DNA of 64,000 bases, from contig CAZINP010000002.1 in assembly GCA_964540635.1 (NCBI GenBank), positions 20,963 through 84,962 on the forward strand. Reading direction: 5' to 3'. Below, piece after piece: positions 8,487 to 16,672 of this stretch. Numbering within the stretch: the first letter of the stretch is position 1; each line of letters begins with the position of its first letter. Source of the stretch: an uncultured Gammaproteobacteria bacterium. GTDB taxonomy: Bacteria; Patescibacteriota; Patescibacteriia; Buchananbacterales; UBA6539. The notes under the pieces were generated by a model. That model did not search any database. It was not told the DNA's origin and was given only the letters and a program-made list of their open reading frames with translations. Position numbers and translations under genes: made by a program.

Positions 8487-10013
8487 ATGGCCCTAACTGC
8501 TTCCAAATTATACGATTACACCCAATGTCCGCATCGCGTTTGGCGGGATTTATATGGACCCATGTCCGAAAAAAGCGAAGAGTCAAATCCCTTTGTTGAG
8601 CTATTGTGGGAAAGGGGGATTAAATACGAAGAAAAAGTAATCAGTGGTTTGGGAGATTTTCTTAATTTGCGCGGCGTGCCACAAAAGGAAAATAAAAAAC
8701 AAACGCTTCAGGCTATGTCTAACGGTGTTTCTTTGATTTATCAAGGTGTAATTGAGTATGATGGTTTGTTGGGCATACCTGATTTACTTAAACGTCAGCC
8801 GGATAGTACATATGTTCCCATTGAAATTAAATCCGGCATGGGCCGCGAAGGCACAGGGGATGATGAAAGCGAAGACGAAGGAAAATTAAAAAAACATTAC
8901 GCCATTCAGCTTGGGTTGTATTTGGAAGTTTTAGCCGGTATGGGTTTTTCCAAAAATCATGTTGGCTATATTTTGGACGGCCACGGAAAAACGGTTGAGT
9001 ATAATTTGGATCAGCCTATGGGAGCGAGGTTAAGACAGACTTTTTGGGAATACTACCAACAAGGCAGAGATAATGTTAAATTATTGCAATCAAACGAGGC
9101 AAAAAACGATCCGGCACTTTCGGGAATTTGCAAACTTTGTCCGTGGTATCAAAGTTGTAAAAAATGGGTTGAAAAAAATGAAGATCCAACCGGTCTGTTT
9201 TATGTCGGCCGAAGTAAGCGAGATTTGCTTAATCAGGAGTTGAATATAAGGCATATTGGCGATATTTTACTTCTTGACCCAAAAGAAATCCTGGCGCAAA
9301 AGAAAAAAGATAAAAATTTTATTAAAGGTTTAGGCGAAAAAACTTTAAATAAAATTATTGACAGAGCGCGAGTTTTAAAAGTCAAACAAAAGCCGGTTGT
9401 TTATGAAAAGATTGATTTTCCCAAAGTCTCGTACGAATTATTTTTTGACATTGAAGATGACCCGACTCAAGAATTCGTTTATTTACACGGCGTTTATGAG
9501 CGAAGCAAAAACGGCGAAAGATTTTTAGATTTTACCGCCAAGGAAGTCAGTCCAAAAGCTGAGGCTGCTGCCTGGAAAGATTTTTGGGATTATATTCGTT
9601 CGTTGCCCCAGAACGATTTTGCCGTTTATTATTATTCGGCCCATGAAAAAAACACTTATAAGAGAATGCAAAAAACCTACCCTGAAATTATTTCAGAAAA
9701 GGAATTGGAAAACTTTTTTGCCAATCCAAATGTGATTGACTTGTATACCAATGTTGTTTTGACTAAAACTGATTGGCCGCTTAGCAGTTATTCTATAAAA
9801 GCTATTGCCCAATATTTAGGTTTTAATTGGCGCGACGAAACGCCCTCCGGCGCTTTATCAATTCAGTGGTTTAATGATTATCTAGAAAAAAATGATCCGA
9901 AAATTTTAGAAAGAATTTTGTTGTATAATGAAGATGACTGCAAAGCCACAATGGTGGTTAAAGATGCAATTCAAAATATTTCTGATAAACAATATTTAAC
10001 TTTTCAAATATGA
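8487..10013 (+). CDS. RecB-family (PD-(D/E)XK) nuclease, TM0106-like, with C-terminal RNase-H-like domain
   Basis: N-terminus 'LYDYTQCPHRVWRD' plus internal Cys cluster 'CKLCPWYQSC'; C-terminus 'FFDIEDDPTQEFVYLHGV...YYYSAHEKNTY' is exonuclease/RNase H-like. Confidence 0.5.
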   Translation: MALTASKLYDYTQCPHRVWRDLYGPMSEKSEESNPFVELLWERGIKYEEKVISGLGDFLNLRGVPQKENKKQTLQAMSNGVSLIYQGVIEYDGLLGIPDLLKRQPDSTYVPIEIKSGMGREGTGDDESEDEGKLKKHYAIQLGLYLEVLAGMGFSKNHVGYILDGHGKTVEYNLDQPMGARLRQTFWEYYQQGRDNVKLLQSNEAKNDPALSGICKLCPWYQSCKKWVEKNEDPTGLFYVGRSKRDLLNQELNIRHIGDILLLDPKEILAQKKKDKNFIKGLGEKTLNKIIDRARVLKVKQKPVVYEKIDFPKVSYELFFDIEDDPTQEFVYLHGVYERSKNGERFLDFTAKEVSPKAEAAAWKDFWDYIRSLPQNDFAVYYYSAHEKNTYKRMQKTYPEIISEKELENFFANPNVIDLYTNVVLTKTDWPLSSYSIKAIAQYLGFNWRDETPSGALSIQWFNDYLEKNDPKILERILLYNEDDCKATMVVKDAIQNISDKQYLTFQI

Positions 10014-10696
10014 AAAAAGTTGCAATATTTGATATTGATGGAACAATTTTTCGTTCAAGCTTGGTCATTGAGGCGACTGAAGCGCTAATTAATGCCGGAA
10101 TTTTTCCTGCGTCATGTCGAAAAATTTATCTTCCTGCCAAAGAAAGCTGGCGCAATCGTCAGGGATCATACGAAAATTATATTCGTGCCGTTGTCTCGGC
10201 TTTTGAAAATAACATCAAAGGCGTAAAGCGATCAGATTTTTTGCGAATAGTACACTTGGTAATTGATCGCAACAAAGATTTACTTTATCGCTATACTCGC
10301 GATTTAGTTTTAGATTTGAAAAAGCAAGATTATTTTTTGTTAGCCATTTCCCATTCGCCGTTTGAATTGGTTAAAGAGTTTTCGGAAAATTTAGGTTTTG
10401 ATAAAATTTATGGTCGCATTTATGAAGTCGGCCCAAAGAAGAAATATACCAGTCAAGTTTTGTATCCCCAATTGATAGATAATAAATTTTTAATCGTCAG
10501 ACGTGCTTTGGAAAAAGAAAATTTAAGCCTTAAGGGTTCTATCGGTGTGGGGGACACAGAATCTGATATTTCTTTTTTAAAAAAAGTCAGCCGACCAATT
10601 TGTTTTAATCCCAATAAAAAACTTTATAATTACGCCAAACGCGTTGGCTGGTCAATTGTGGTTGAGCGAAAAGATGTGATTTATAAAATCAAATAG
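10010..10696 (+). CDS. HAD-superfamily hydrolase (subfamily IB-like phosphatase)
   Basis: Motif I 'VAIFDIDGTIF' (DxDGT); motif IV 'GVGDTESD'. Confidence 0.7.
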   Translation: MKKVAIFDIDGTIFRSSLVIEATEALINAGIFPASCRKIYLPAKESWRNRQGSYENYIRAVVSAFENNIKGVKRSDFLRIVHLVIDRNKDLLYRYTRDLVLDLKKQDYFLLAISHSPFELVKEFSENLGFDKIYGRIYEVGPKKKYTSQVLYPQLIDNKFLIVRRALEKENLSLKGSIGVGDTESDISFLKKVSRPICFNPNKKLYNYAKRVGWSIVVERKDVIYKIK

Positions 10697-10786
10697 TTTT
10701 TAACTTGACAATGAATTTTAAAGAGTTATAATGTATTTAGATGTAAATATAATTTTAACAACATAGCGCCTCGGGCGTTTTTATTT

Positions 10787-11363
10787 ATGAAAAAATATCT
10801 ATATTATTGCAATTTTATTATTTTTATTAACTGGCTGTAGTGATGGCAGTAGCTATATTCCTGAAAAACAGGAAGTGAAAGTAAACTTAGTATCCGATTC
10901 CGACGGTTGGAAAACATATACCAATAGGGAATGGGGTATTAAATTTAGGTTTGAGGATAAAGAAAATCAATATAAAGCCTATTCAGAAGACTCTTTTATT
11001 GATGTGCTTTATTTAAATGGATTAAGTGGGCCGCTTTATTTGCACAGAGGCAGCTTGAGTGATTTTTCTCCTGTGGCAATTGATCTTGAGGAGTATATAA
11101 CAAAGTATGCTTGGCGAGAAATTGAAAATGCAATTAAGCTTGAAGAATATAAGAAATTTGAAATAAATAAAAATATTAATGCTTATGAATTAGATATTTT
11201 ATCTAGGGGCGTACAACATCCAATTAATGTTCCCGATACATATTCAATTTTTACAATTTATTATTTGGAATATACAAAATTTAATACATTTGATTATATA
11301 AGTATTTTTGGTGAAACGGAACTGGTTGATCGGGTGTTAAAAAGTTTTGAATATATAGACTGA
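10787..11363 (+). pseudogene. frameshifted paralogue of the lipoprotein at 11404 (signal peptide/lipobox in +1 frame relative to the ATG)
   Basis: The ATG at 10787 gives 'MKKYLYYCNFIIFINWL*'. The next frame reads '...IYIIAILLFLLTGCSDGSSYIPEKQEVKVNLVSDSDGW...', which continues into ORF 10875..11363 (GTG start). The paralogue at 11404 has the same 'MKKYL' start, a lipobox, and a 'W.TY.N.E(Y/W)G..F' motif. Confidence 0.55.
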
Positions 11364-11403
11364 ATTATTATAAAAACTATCAACATAGCGCTTGATACAC
11401 TTT

Positions 11404-11985
11404 ATGAAAAAATATCTATTTATAACGATTTTATCGCTGATTTTAAGCGGTTGCCAGGGCGGGCAAGTGCCGGCCGAAACTGTACCTGATCTTTCGCTGA
11501 ATACGGTAACAACAACCGAAGAAATTGATACTTCGGATTGGCTGACGTACAAAAATGAAGAATACGGATTTGAGTTTAAGTATCCAAAAGAGTGGAATAT
11601 TAATTTTGAAAATTATACTAATATAAATTCTTTATTCAATTTAAATTTAGTATATTTGGGTCCTACGCAAATTACTGATACAGAAATTTACGATGGCGCA
11701 AGGCTGACTATAAATTTGCTTAGCTTAAAAGAATATAATATTGAATTTTATATTAACAGTTTCGATGCAGGGCTGGATTTTAGAGATGAGGAATTTTACG
11801 GTCATAAATCAAGTGTTTATAGTGGAAAGTTAAAGTATGGCGACATAGTAATTGATAACAGTAAAAGAAAAATAATATACATAAGTGATGAAAAGTACAT
11901 TTATCGATTAGAGACAGTGTCTTTTGGTGATAATGGTAACCAATATGATCAAATAATTAATTATATCCTAGCAGGTATTCCTTAA
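11404..11985 (+). CDS. secreted lipoprotein (paralogue family; 'WLTYKNEEYGFEFKYPKEW' motif)
   Basis: Signal peptide 'MKKYLFITILSLILSGC' (lipobox). Start set at ATG 11404; the tracked ORF starts at 11392. Confidence 0.6.
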   Translation: MKKYLFITILSLILSGCQGGQVPAETVPDLSLNTVTTTEEIDTSDWLTYKNEEYGFEFKYPKEWNINFENYTNINSLFNLNLVYLGPTQITDTEIYDGARLTINLLSLKEYNIEFYINSFDAGLDFRDEEFYGHKSSVYSGKLKYGDIVIDNSKRKIIYISDEKYIYRLETVSFGDNGNQYDQIINYILAGIP

Positions 11986-12108
11986 TTAGACGGAAAAAAA
12001 TTCCGATTTTCTAAAAAATAATCAACATAGCGTCGTGCTTATCAGTTAAGCAAGGCGCTATTTTTTATAGAAGGTTCTTTGACAATCCAACAAACAAGGA
12101 GATGAGAC

Positions 12109-15100
12109 ATGTTTAGAATTACGTTTTGTTGCTTTTTGTTCATGTGTTCGGCTTATTCAGAAAAGCCAATGCTCAAACTCCCGTTTTCAGCTGGTCAAAT
12201 TTGGTCAATCACTGTTGGTTACGGTGGTAGCGATTATCATCAAAATGATGATTTTTATGCGCTTGATTTCAATCTTCCTGGAGATTCTGATCTGGGACAG
12301 CCAATCTTGGCAGCGGCATCGGGAGAAATTTTCTACGCTGGTTGGATGAATGGCTACGGTTGGACCGTGATCATTGATCATGGCTATGGTTACAAAACCA
12401 GATATGCGCATTTGAATTTAGCGCCTACCGTATCCGGTAGAATTTTACAGGGTCAAGAGATTGGAAAATGTGGTTCGTCGGGTGGGACAAGTACCGGTCC
12501 ACATCTTCATTTTGTGATGTATTTTAATGGTGGTCCTGAAATCCCAGAGCCAATGTCGGGTTATGCAAATTTTCAGGTTGGTGGTCGATATGTTTCTGAT
12601 AACTTTTTTTATAGTCAGGAGTTAGTTATCGGCTACCATCCAGATGGCTCTATCTCTCAGCCAATCCTTGACTACTACAGTCGTCCGGAACAAAACCTTG
12701 GTCAGCCGTTTGATAACGGCGGTGGACTTTACGTTCATGACTGGTCAAGCCAAGACGGCACGACCAAAATTACGCTTCAGGATTTTTGCTTAGGCAGTCC
12801 TGGGGTTGGCACACATTGCGCCATTGTTGAGTCCGTTGATGGAAACGCATACTCGCTGAAAGGTGCTTTTCGCTGGTACTACATGCAAAAAACCTACGAC
12901 GGCATGCCTTTTGATGCCGTTAAACTGCTTGGACCGCCAATTAACGATGGCGGAGCCACAGTTTACTATCCGATTTTGCCTGACGGAACCTTTGATTGTG
13001 TTGCCGGAAAGACCAGATGCTATGTCACCCAGAGCTTTGCCAATGGGTATGACTTTGTCTGGGACGGTAGCAAGGTTTGGTTGGTTCAAAATGTTTGCGG
13101 CCTGAATAAGGCGTTGAAATCGGTGGATTTTGACTGTAATGGTCAGCCTTACGAATTTCAGATTGCCGGCAGTTTGCCGGCAGAACCGGGATGCATTACG
13201 CTTCACGGTGCGGCCAATTGCTCTACCGGCGTTTATTTGGAGTGGTCAGATACTTTGTATCAAAGCCAGTTCTATCGTTTGTGGTCAAACGGCCAGCTGA
13301 GGGCAAATGTCGGGGCCAGGGGATACAGTGATTATCCGCTTTGGCCTTCAACAACCTATCGCTATCAGGTGGAAGCAATAACTTTTTCGGGGATGTCGCT
13401 GGGTTTCAGCAATGAAATCGTGGTGACCACACCGGAAAGTGAGCAGGAACCCGGTGGCGATTTGGGCGAGCCCTTTCCAGCGCGAATTGAGGCAACTTTG
13501 TCCGAATGCCTTTGGGTGTGGGGACAAACCTCTTCGCAAAACGGGATTTATTTGACGGCTCAAGTTTTTGACCAATACGGTCAACTGATGCCAAACGAAG
13601 AGGTGGTTTTTACCTCATCAAAGCCTTTGGTTTTTTGCGTCAATTTTGATTCCGGTTGGTGCAGTGCTGATGATGTTGGTCAAGCTGAAGTCTGGGCTCA
13701 GCACCGCGATTGGAGCGGCATTCGCTCGCAGAGAATCGCGGTCACTGTGGTCAACCAACTTCCGCCCGAGCCGATTGAACCGGATGTTTATGAATCATCA
13801 GGCTTGAAGCTTGAAAACTTCAACCTTTTGAGCCAAGGGCCGTTTGTAGAGTATTGTGGGTTGTTTTATTCGGTTCTGATTAGCAACCCGACCGATCAGC
13901 CCATTACTTTTTATGGGCCTCAGCTTTACCATTTTGACTTGAACGGCAAAACGGTTGGGGATTCGCCCTACAGCATTATTCCCACCACATTGCAGCCGGG
14001 TCAGTCGCAAGGTTTTGCTGACAGCGGCGGTCAAATTGGAGCGGCCGGAGAGTATTACTTGATGGCTATGGTCAACTTTGATGGACAATATGCTTCGCCG
14101 CGATATGTGATTGACGATTGTGCGGCTGGCATCAGCAGTAAGATTTACGTCAAATCTGTTTCTCAGGACGATTTAAAGGCAGACCTACAGGCCTTTGATC
14201 TCTACCTGGATAACTCTGCTCCATCAACCAATGATTTGATTGGCCTTAACGCTCGAGTTTTTAACTTCGGGCGAAAAAAAGTTGACGCGTCCTTTTCGGT
14301 CAGTATTGAGATTCGTGGAATCGGCAGTCAGTTCTGTGAAGTCGCCGGACTTGAGCCAAACAGCTATGAGTCCTGCAATATGTTCTTTGGCCCTTTGCCG
14401 GCAGGAGCATATACGGCCGATCTGATTGTTGATTCGCAAAACTCCATTCTGGAGGAAAACGAAGGCAATAATGTGGCACATTTGCCTTTTACGGTTTCGT
14501 CAATGAATCTGCCGCCGGTTATTATTACCGATTTGGCAGATAAAACAGTGGCGCAAGGCTCCAAGGTGATTTTTGAGGTTTTAGCCACGATTGCCGATCC
14601 GCCGAATGATCAAACTGATTTGCCAATAAGCTATCAGTGGCAGCATAACGGGCAGGAGGTGATTGCCAACAATTCTTCCCAGTTAATTCTGGAAAATGTC
14701 GGTTTTGACCAGGCAGGAAGCTATGCCTGCGTGGTTACAACCGCCAATGGTTTTGCTGCATCTAGCCGCACGGCCATTCTCACGGTTTTGCCAAAATTGA
14801 AAATCACCTCTCAGCCACAAGTTCTCACCTTGTTTCAGGGTCAAGCTCTTGAGAATTGTTTGCAGGCGGTTGGTGCTGGAACCTTGTCGTACCAGTGGTA
14901 CAAAGATGGCAAGATCATCTCCGGACAGAATCAACCTTGCTTGAAAATCGCATCGGTTCTTACTTCCGACTCCGGGTTCTATCATTGTCGGGTGACTGAT
15001 GTGGCTGCTGGTTTAACGCAGCGACTAAACACAAAAGTTGTTCAGTTGTCGGTGCGTCAAGTTGGTTCTGGTGCGCCGGCCGTTTATCTGGAGTATGTGG

Positions 15101-16302
15101 ACGGTGAGAGTGTCATCACGGGACGTCTTCAGGCAAATCAATGGGCATTGGGCGGGCTTCTTTTGAATCCCTACTCTTTGCCGGCCAAAAAGACGTATGC
15201 TGATGTCCAAAATCTGGGCTTACGATTTACGCAGAGTAAGGAGCCCAAGGTTTGTCTTGATGACGGAGAGCAAATTTTGCTTGATGAAAACGGCAATTCG
15301 CTTAAAGACAATCTTTACGACGGAATTGGTTTTGACGCCACGCGCAGTTTTGAGGTCAACCTTTTCGTTGGCAGGACATTGTACTGCAGGCTAAGGCCCT
15401 ATCTGATCATTTCCGGCAAGGTTTATTACCTTAATCTGGAGGTGGTCAAGATTTATTTGAACGGGAACGAACTTGCTGTTTCAAACGGCCAAGCCTTACT
15501 CTATTTGGCCACCGTCAACCCGCAGTTGCAGATAACACTGCAACCAATTGATCGAACCGTTAAAACTGGCGCCAATTTGTATTTCAAGGTCGCTGCCGTC
15601 GGCGATCCGGTGATTACCTACGCCTGGTTTAAGGACGGTCAGGCTGTGCCCAGCGGAAATAAGGCAATTTTGCGTCTATTGGGCGTGTGTTTGGATGCAG
15701 CAGGCGAGTACTCGTGTTTGGTCAAGACTTCGGCCGGAAAAGAAGTTTGGTCATTGCCGGCCAGGTTGACTGTTTACCAGAAGTTGCAGATCCTAAGTCA
15801 GCCCGTTTCCGTTGCGCTTAGGGAAGGTGATTCTGGCTTTTTTGAAGTTGAGGCAATTGGGCAAGGAGAGCTTTTCTATCAATGGAGAAAAGACGGGAAA
15901 AAAATTCTTGGCGCAAATCAGTCTTGTCTTGAGTTTGAGTCTGTGGCAAAATCTCAGATTGGCAGCTATACCTGTTTAGTTTCAGACAGTTGTCCAGGAA
16001 CGGCTCAGCGGTTGCTGAGTCAAGCGGCTGATTTGTCAATTTTGCCTGAAATGCAAGTTGTGGTTTGCGTCGAAAAGATTGATTCGGAGTTTATTGAGTG
16101 CCAGCCATCGGCTCGCGCCAACCCGGGTCAGACCGTTCATTTTTCTTGCCAGGTGCAAAACGGCATCGCGCCATTTTCCTATCAATGGTTTTTCAATGGC
16201 GATGTATTGCCGGGTGAGATTGGATCAACTTTGGTCAAAACCGAGGTTTCAAACGACGAAGAGGGCGCTTATAATTGCCAAGTGACTGATTCGTCTGGTT
16301 GA
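12109..16302 (+). CDS. giant secreted multidomain protein: N-terminal M23 (LytM-type) metallopeptidase, two CARDB-like domains, about five Ig-like (I-set-like) domains
   Basis: M23 motifs 'HQNDDFYALDF' (HxxxD) and 'GPHLHFV' (HxH). CARDB-like 'ENEGNNVAH'. Repeated Ig hallmarks 'YQW(Y/F/R)KDG' plus 'YxC' ('SYACVV', 'FYHCRV', 'EYSCLV', 'SYTCLV', 'AYNCQV'). Strong SD 'AAGGAG' 8 nt upstream. GC is visibly higher than in the neighbouring genes. Confidence 0.75.
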   Translation: MFRITFCCFLFMCSAYSEKPMLKLPFSAGQIWSITVGYGGSDYHQNDDFYALDFNLPGDSDLGQPILAAASGEIFYAGWMNGYGWTVIIDHGYGYKTRYAHLNLAPTVSGRILQGQEIGKCGSSGGTSTGPHLHFVMYFNGGPEIPEPMSGYANFQVGGRYVSDNFFYSQELVIGYHPDGSISQPILDYYSRPEQNLGQPFDNGGGLYVHDWSSQDGTTKITLQDFCLGSPGVGTHCAIVESVDGNAYSLKGAFRWYYMQKTYDGMPFDAVKLLGPPINDGGATVYYPILPDGTFDCVAGKTRCYVTQSFANGYDFVWDGSKVWLVQNVCGLNKALKSVDFDCNGQPYEFQIAGSLPAEPGCITLHGAANCSTGVYLEWSDTLYQSQFYRLWSNGQLRANVGARGYSDYPLWPSTTYRYQVEAITFSGMSLGFSNEIVVTTPESEQEPGGDLGEPFPARIEATLSECLWVWGQTSSQNGIYLTAQVFDQYGQLMPNEEVVFTSSKPLVFCVNFDSGWCSADDVGQAEVWAQHRDWSGIRSQRIAVTVVNQLPPEPIEPDVYESSGLKLENFNLLSQGPFVEYCGLFYSVLISNPTDQPITFYGPQLYHFDLNGKTVGDSPYSIIPTTLQPGQSQGFADSGGQIGAAGEYYLMAMVNFDGQYASPRYVIDDCAAGISSKIYVKSVSQDDLKADLQAFDLYLDNSAPSTNDLIGLNARVFNFGRKKVDASFSVSIEIRGIGSQFCEVAGLEPNSYESCNMFFGPLPAGAYTADLIVDSQNSILEENEGNNVAHLPFTVSSMNLPPVIITDLADKTVAQGSKVIFEVLATIADPPNDQTDLPISYQWQHNGQEVIANNSSQLILENVGFDQAGSYACVVTTANGFAASSRTAILTVLPKLKITSQPQVLTLFQGQALENCLQAVGAGTLSYQWYKDGKIISGQNQPCLKIASVLTSDSGFYHCRVTDVAAGLTQRLNTKVVQLSVRQVGSGAPAVYLEYVDGESVITGRLQANQWALGGLLLNPYSLPAKKTYADVQNLGLRFTQSKEPKVCLDDGEQILLDENGNSLKDNLYDGIGFDATRSFEVNLFVGRTLYCRLRPYLIISGKVYYLNLEVVKIYLNGNELAVSNGQALLYLATVNPQLQITLQPIDRTVKTGANLYFKVAAVGDPVITYAWFKDGQAVPSGNKAILRLLGVCLDAAGEYSCLVKTSAGKEVWSLPARLTVYQKLQILSQPVSVALREGDSGFFEVEAIGQGELFYQWRKDGKKILGANQSCLEFESVAKSQIGSYTCLVSDSCPGTAQRLLSQAADLSILPEMQVVVCVEKIDSEFIECQPSARANPGQTVHFSCQVQNGIAPFSYQWFFNGDVLPGEIGSTLVKTEVSNDEEGAYNCQVTDSSG

Positions 16303-16322
16303 ACCAAAAAATTGTTCATTGT

Positions 16323-16357
16323 CTTTTTGCGGCTGCCGCTGGTGGCCGCTTTTTTTA
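16323..16357 (+). terminator. rho-independent terminator of the giant gene
   Basis: GCGGCtgccgctggtgGCCGC followed by TTTTTTT. Confidence 0.6.
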
Positions 16358-16365
16358 TAAAAAAA

Positions 16366-16604
16366 AGACCGCCAGCGAAAACACGGTGGTCTTCTGGTTG
16401 TGGAGCGGCCTTAGAGGAAGACTACGTTATCCGGTTTAGAGCCGGCGCGTTGTCTTAATGCCGCTTGTTCAAGCGATTTCGGGTATAGGCACCCGTAAGT
16501 GAATTGAGGGATTCGCTCGCCGCTACTACCCTCGGCTTGCCACAACTTTAACTGGCGTAGTCCCGTAAGCTCATGGCTGGATAGGGACCGGATTCCAGCT
16601 CGCT
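16366..16604 (-). ncRNA. unclassified GC-rich structured small RNA candidate (~240 nt), delimited by its own promoter and terminator
   Basis: On the minus strand there is a -35 TTGACA, a 17-nt spacer and a -10 TAAGAT (plus-strand coordinates 16611-16639), and a downstream hairpin AGACCACC..GGCGGTCT plus T9 (plus 16359-16393). The interval is far more GC-rich than the flanks and has many local hairpins. It is non-coding; only a random 60-aa ORF is present. Confidence 0.45.
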
Positions 16605-16610
16605 GAGAAA

Positions 16611-16639
16611 ATCTTATCTTTTAGAAATTAATTTGTCAA
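16611..16639 (-). promoter_or_regulatory. sigma70-like promoter (TTGACA-17-TAAGAT) driving the unclassified sRNA
   Basis: The reverse complement of plus 16634-16639 is TTGACA, and of 16611-16616 is TAAGAT; the spacer is 17 nt. Confidence 0.5.
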
Positions 16640-16645
16640 ACAAAA

Positions 16646-16672
16646 AAATATCTCAAAGAGATATTCTTTTTT
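16646..16672. terminator. bidirectional intrinsic terminator at the 3' end of rnpB
   Basis: AATATCTCaaaGAGATATT with an A-run on one side and a T-run on the other. Confidence 0.55.

Noticed and set aside
10875-11363. Independent GTG-start cytoplasmic protein
   Set aside because: The upstream +1 frame encodes a perfect lipoprotein signal peptide continuous with this ORF, and a canonical ATG 'MKKYL' start sits 88 nt upstream. It is more parsimonious as the body of a frameshifted lipoprotein gene.
12205-16285. Numerous antisense and alternative-frame ORFs (e.g. 12790-13206, 13348-13594, 13798-14088, 14224-14588, 14683-14985, 15818-16039)
   Set aside because: They are nested in the 1397-aa M23/Ig gene. 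The elevated GC of that gene reduces stop-codon frequency in other frames. They have no RBS or independent signals.
16360-16640. tmRNA or SRP RNA as identity of the GC-rich RNA
   Set aside because: No tRNA-like T-arm (GGTTCGAnTCC) and no ...CTCCACCA terminus. No plausible Ala-Ala-stop tag reading frame on either strand. No SRP domain IV motif (CAGG..CCGGAAGG..AGCAGC). It is left unclassified rather than named.
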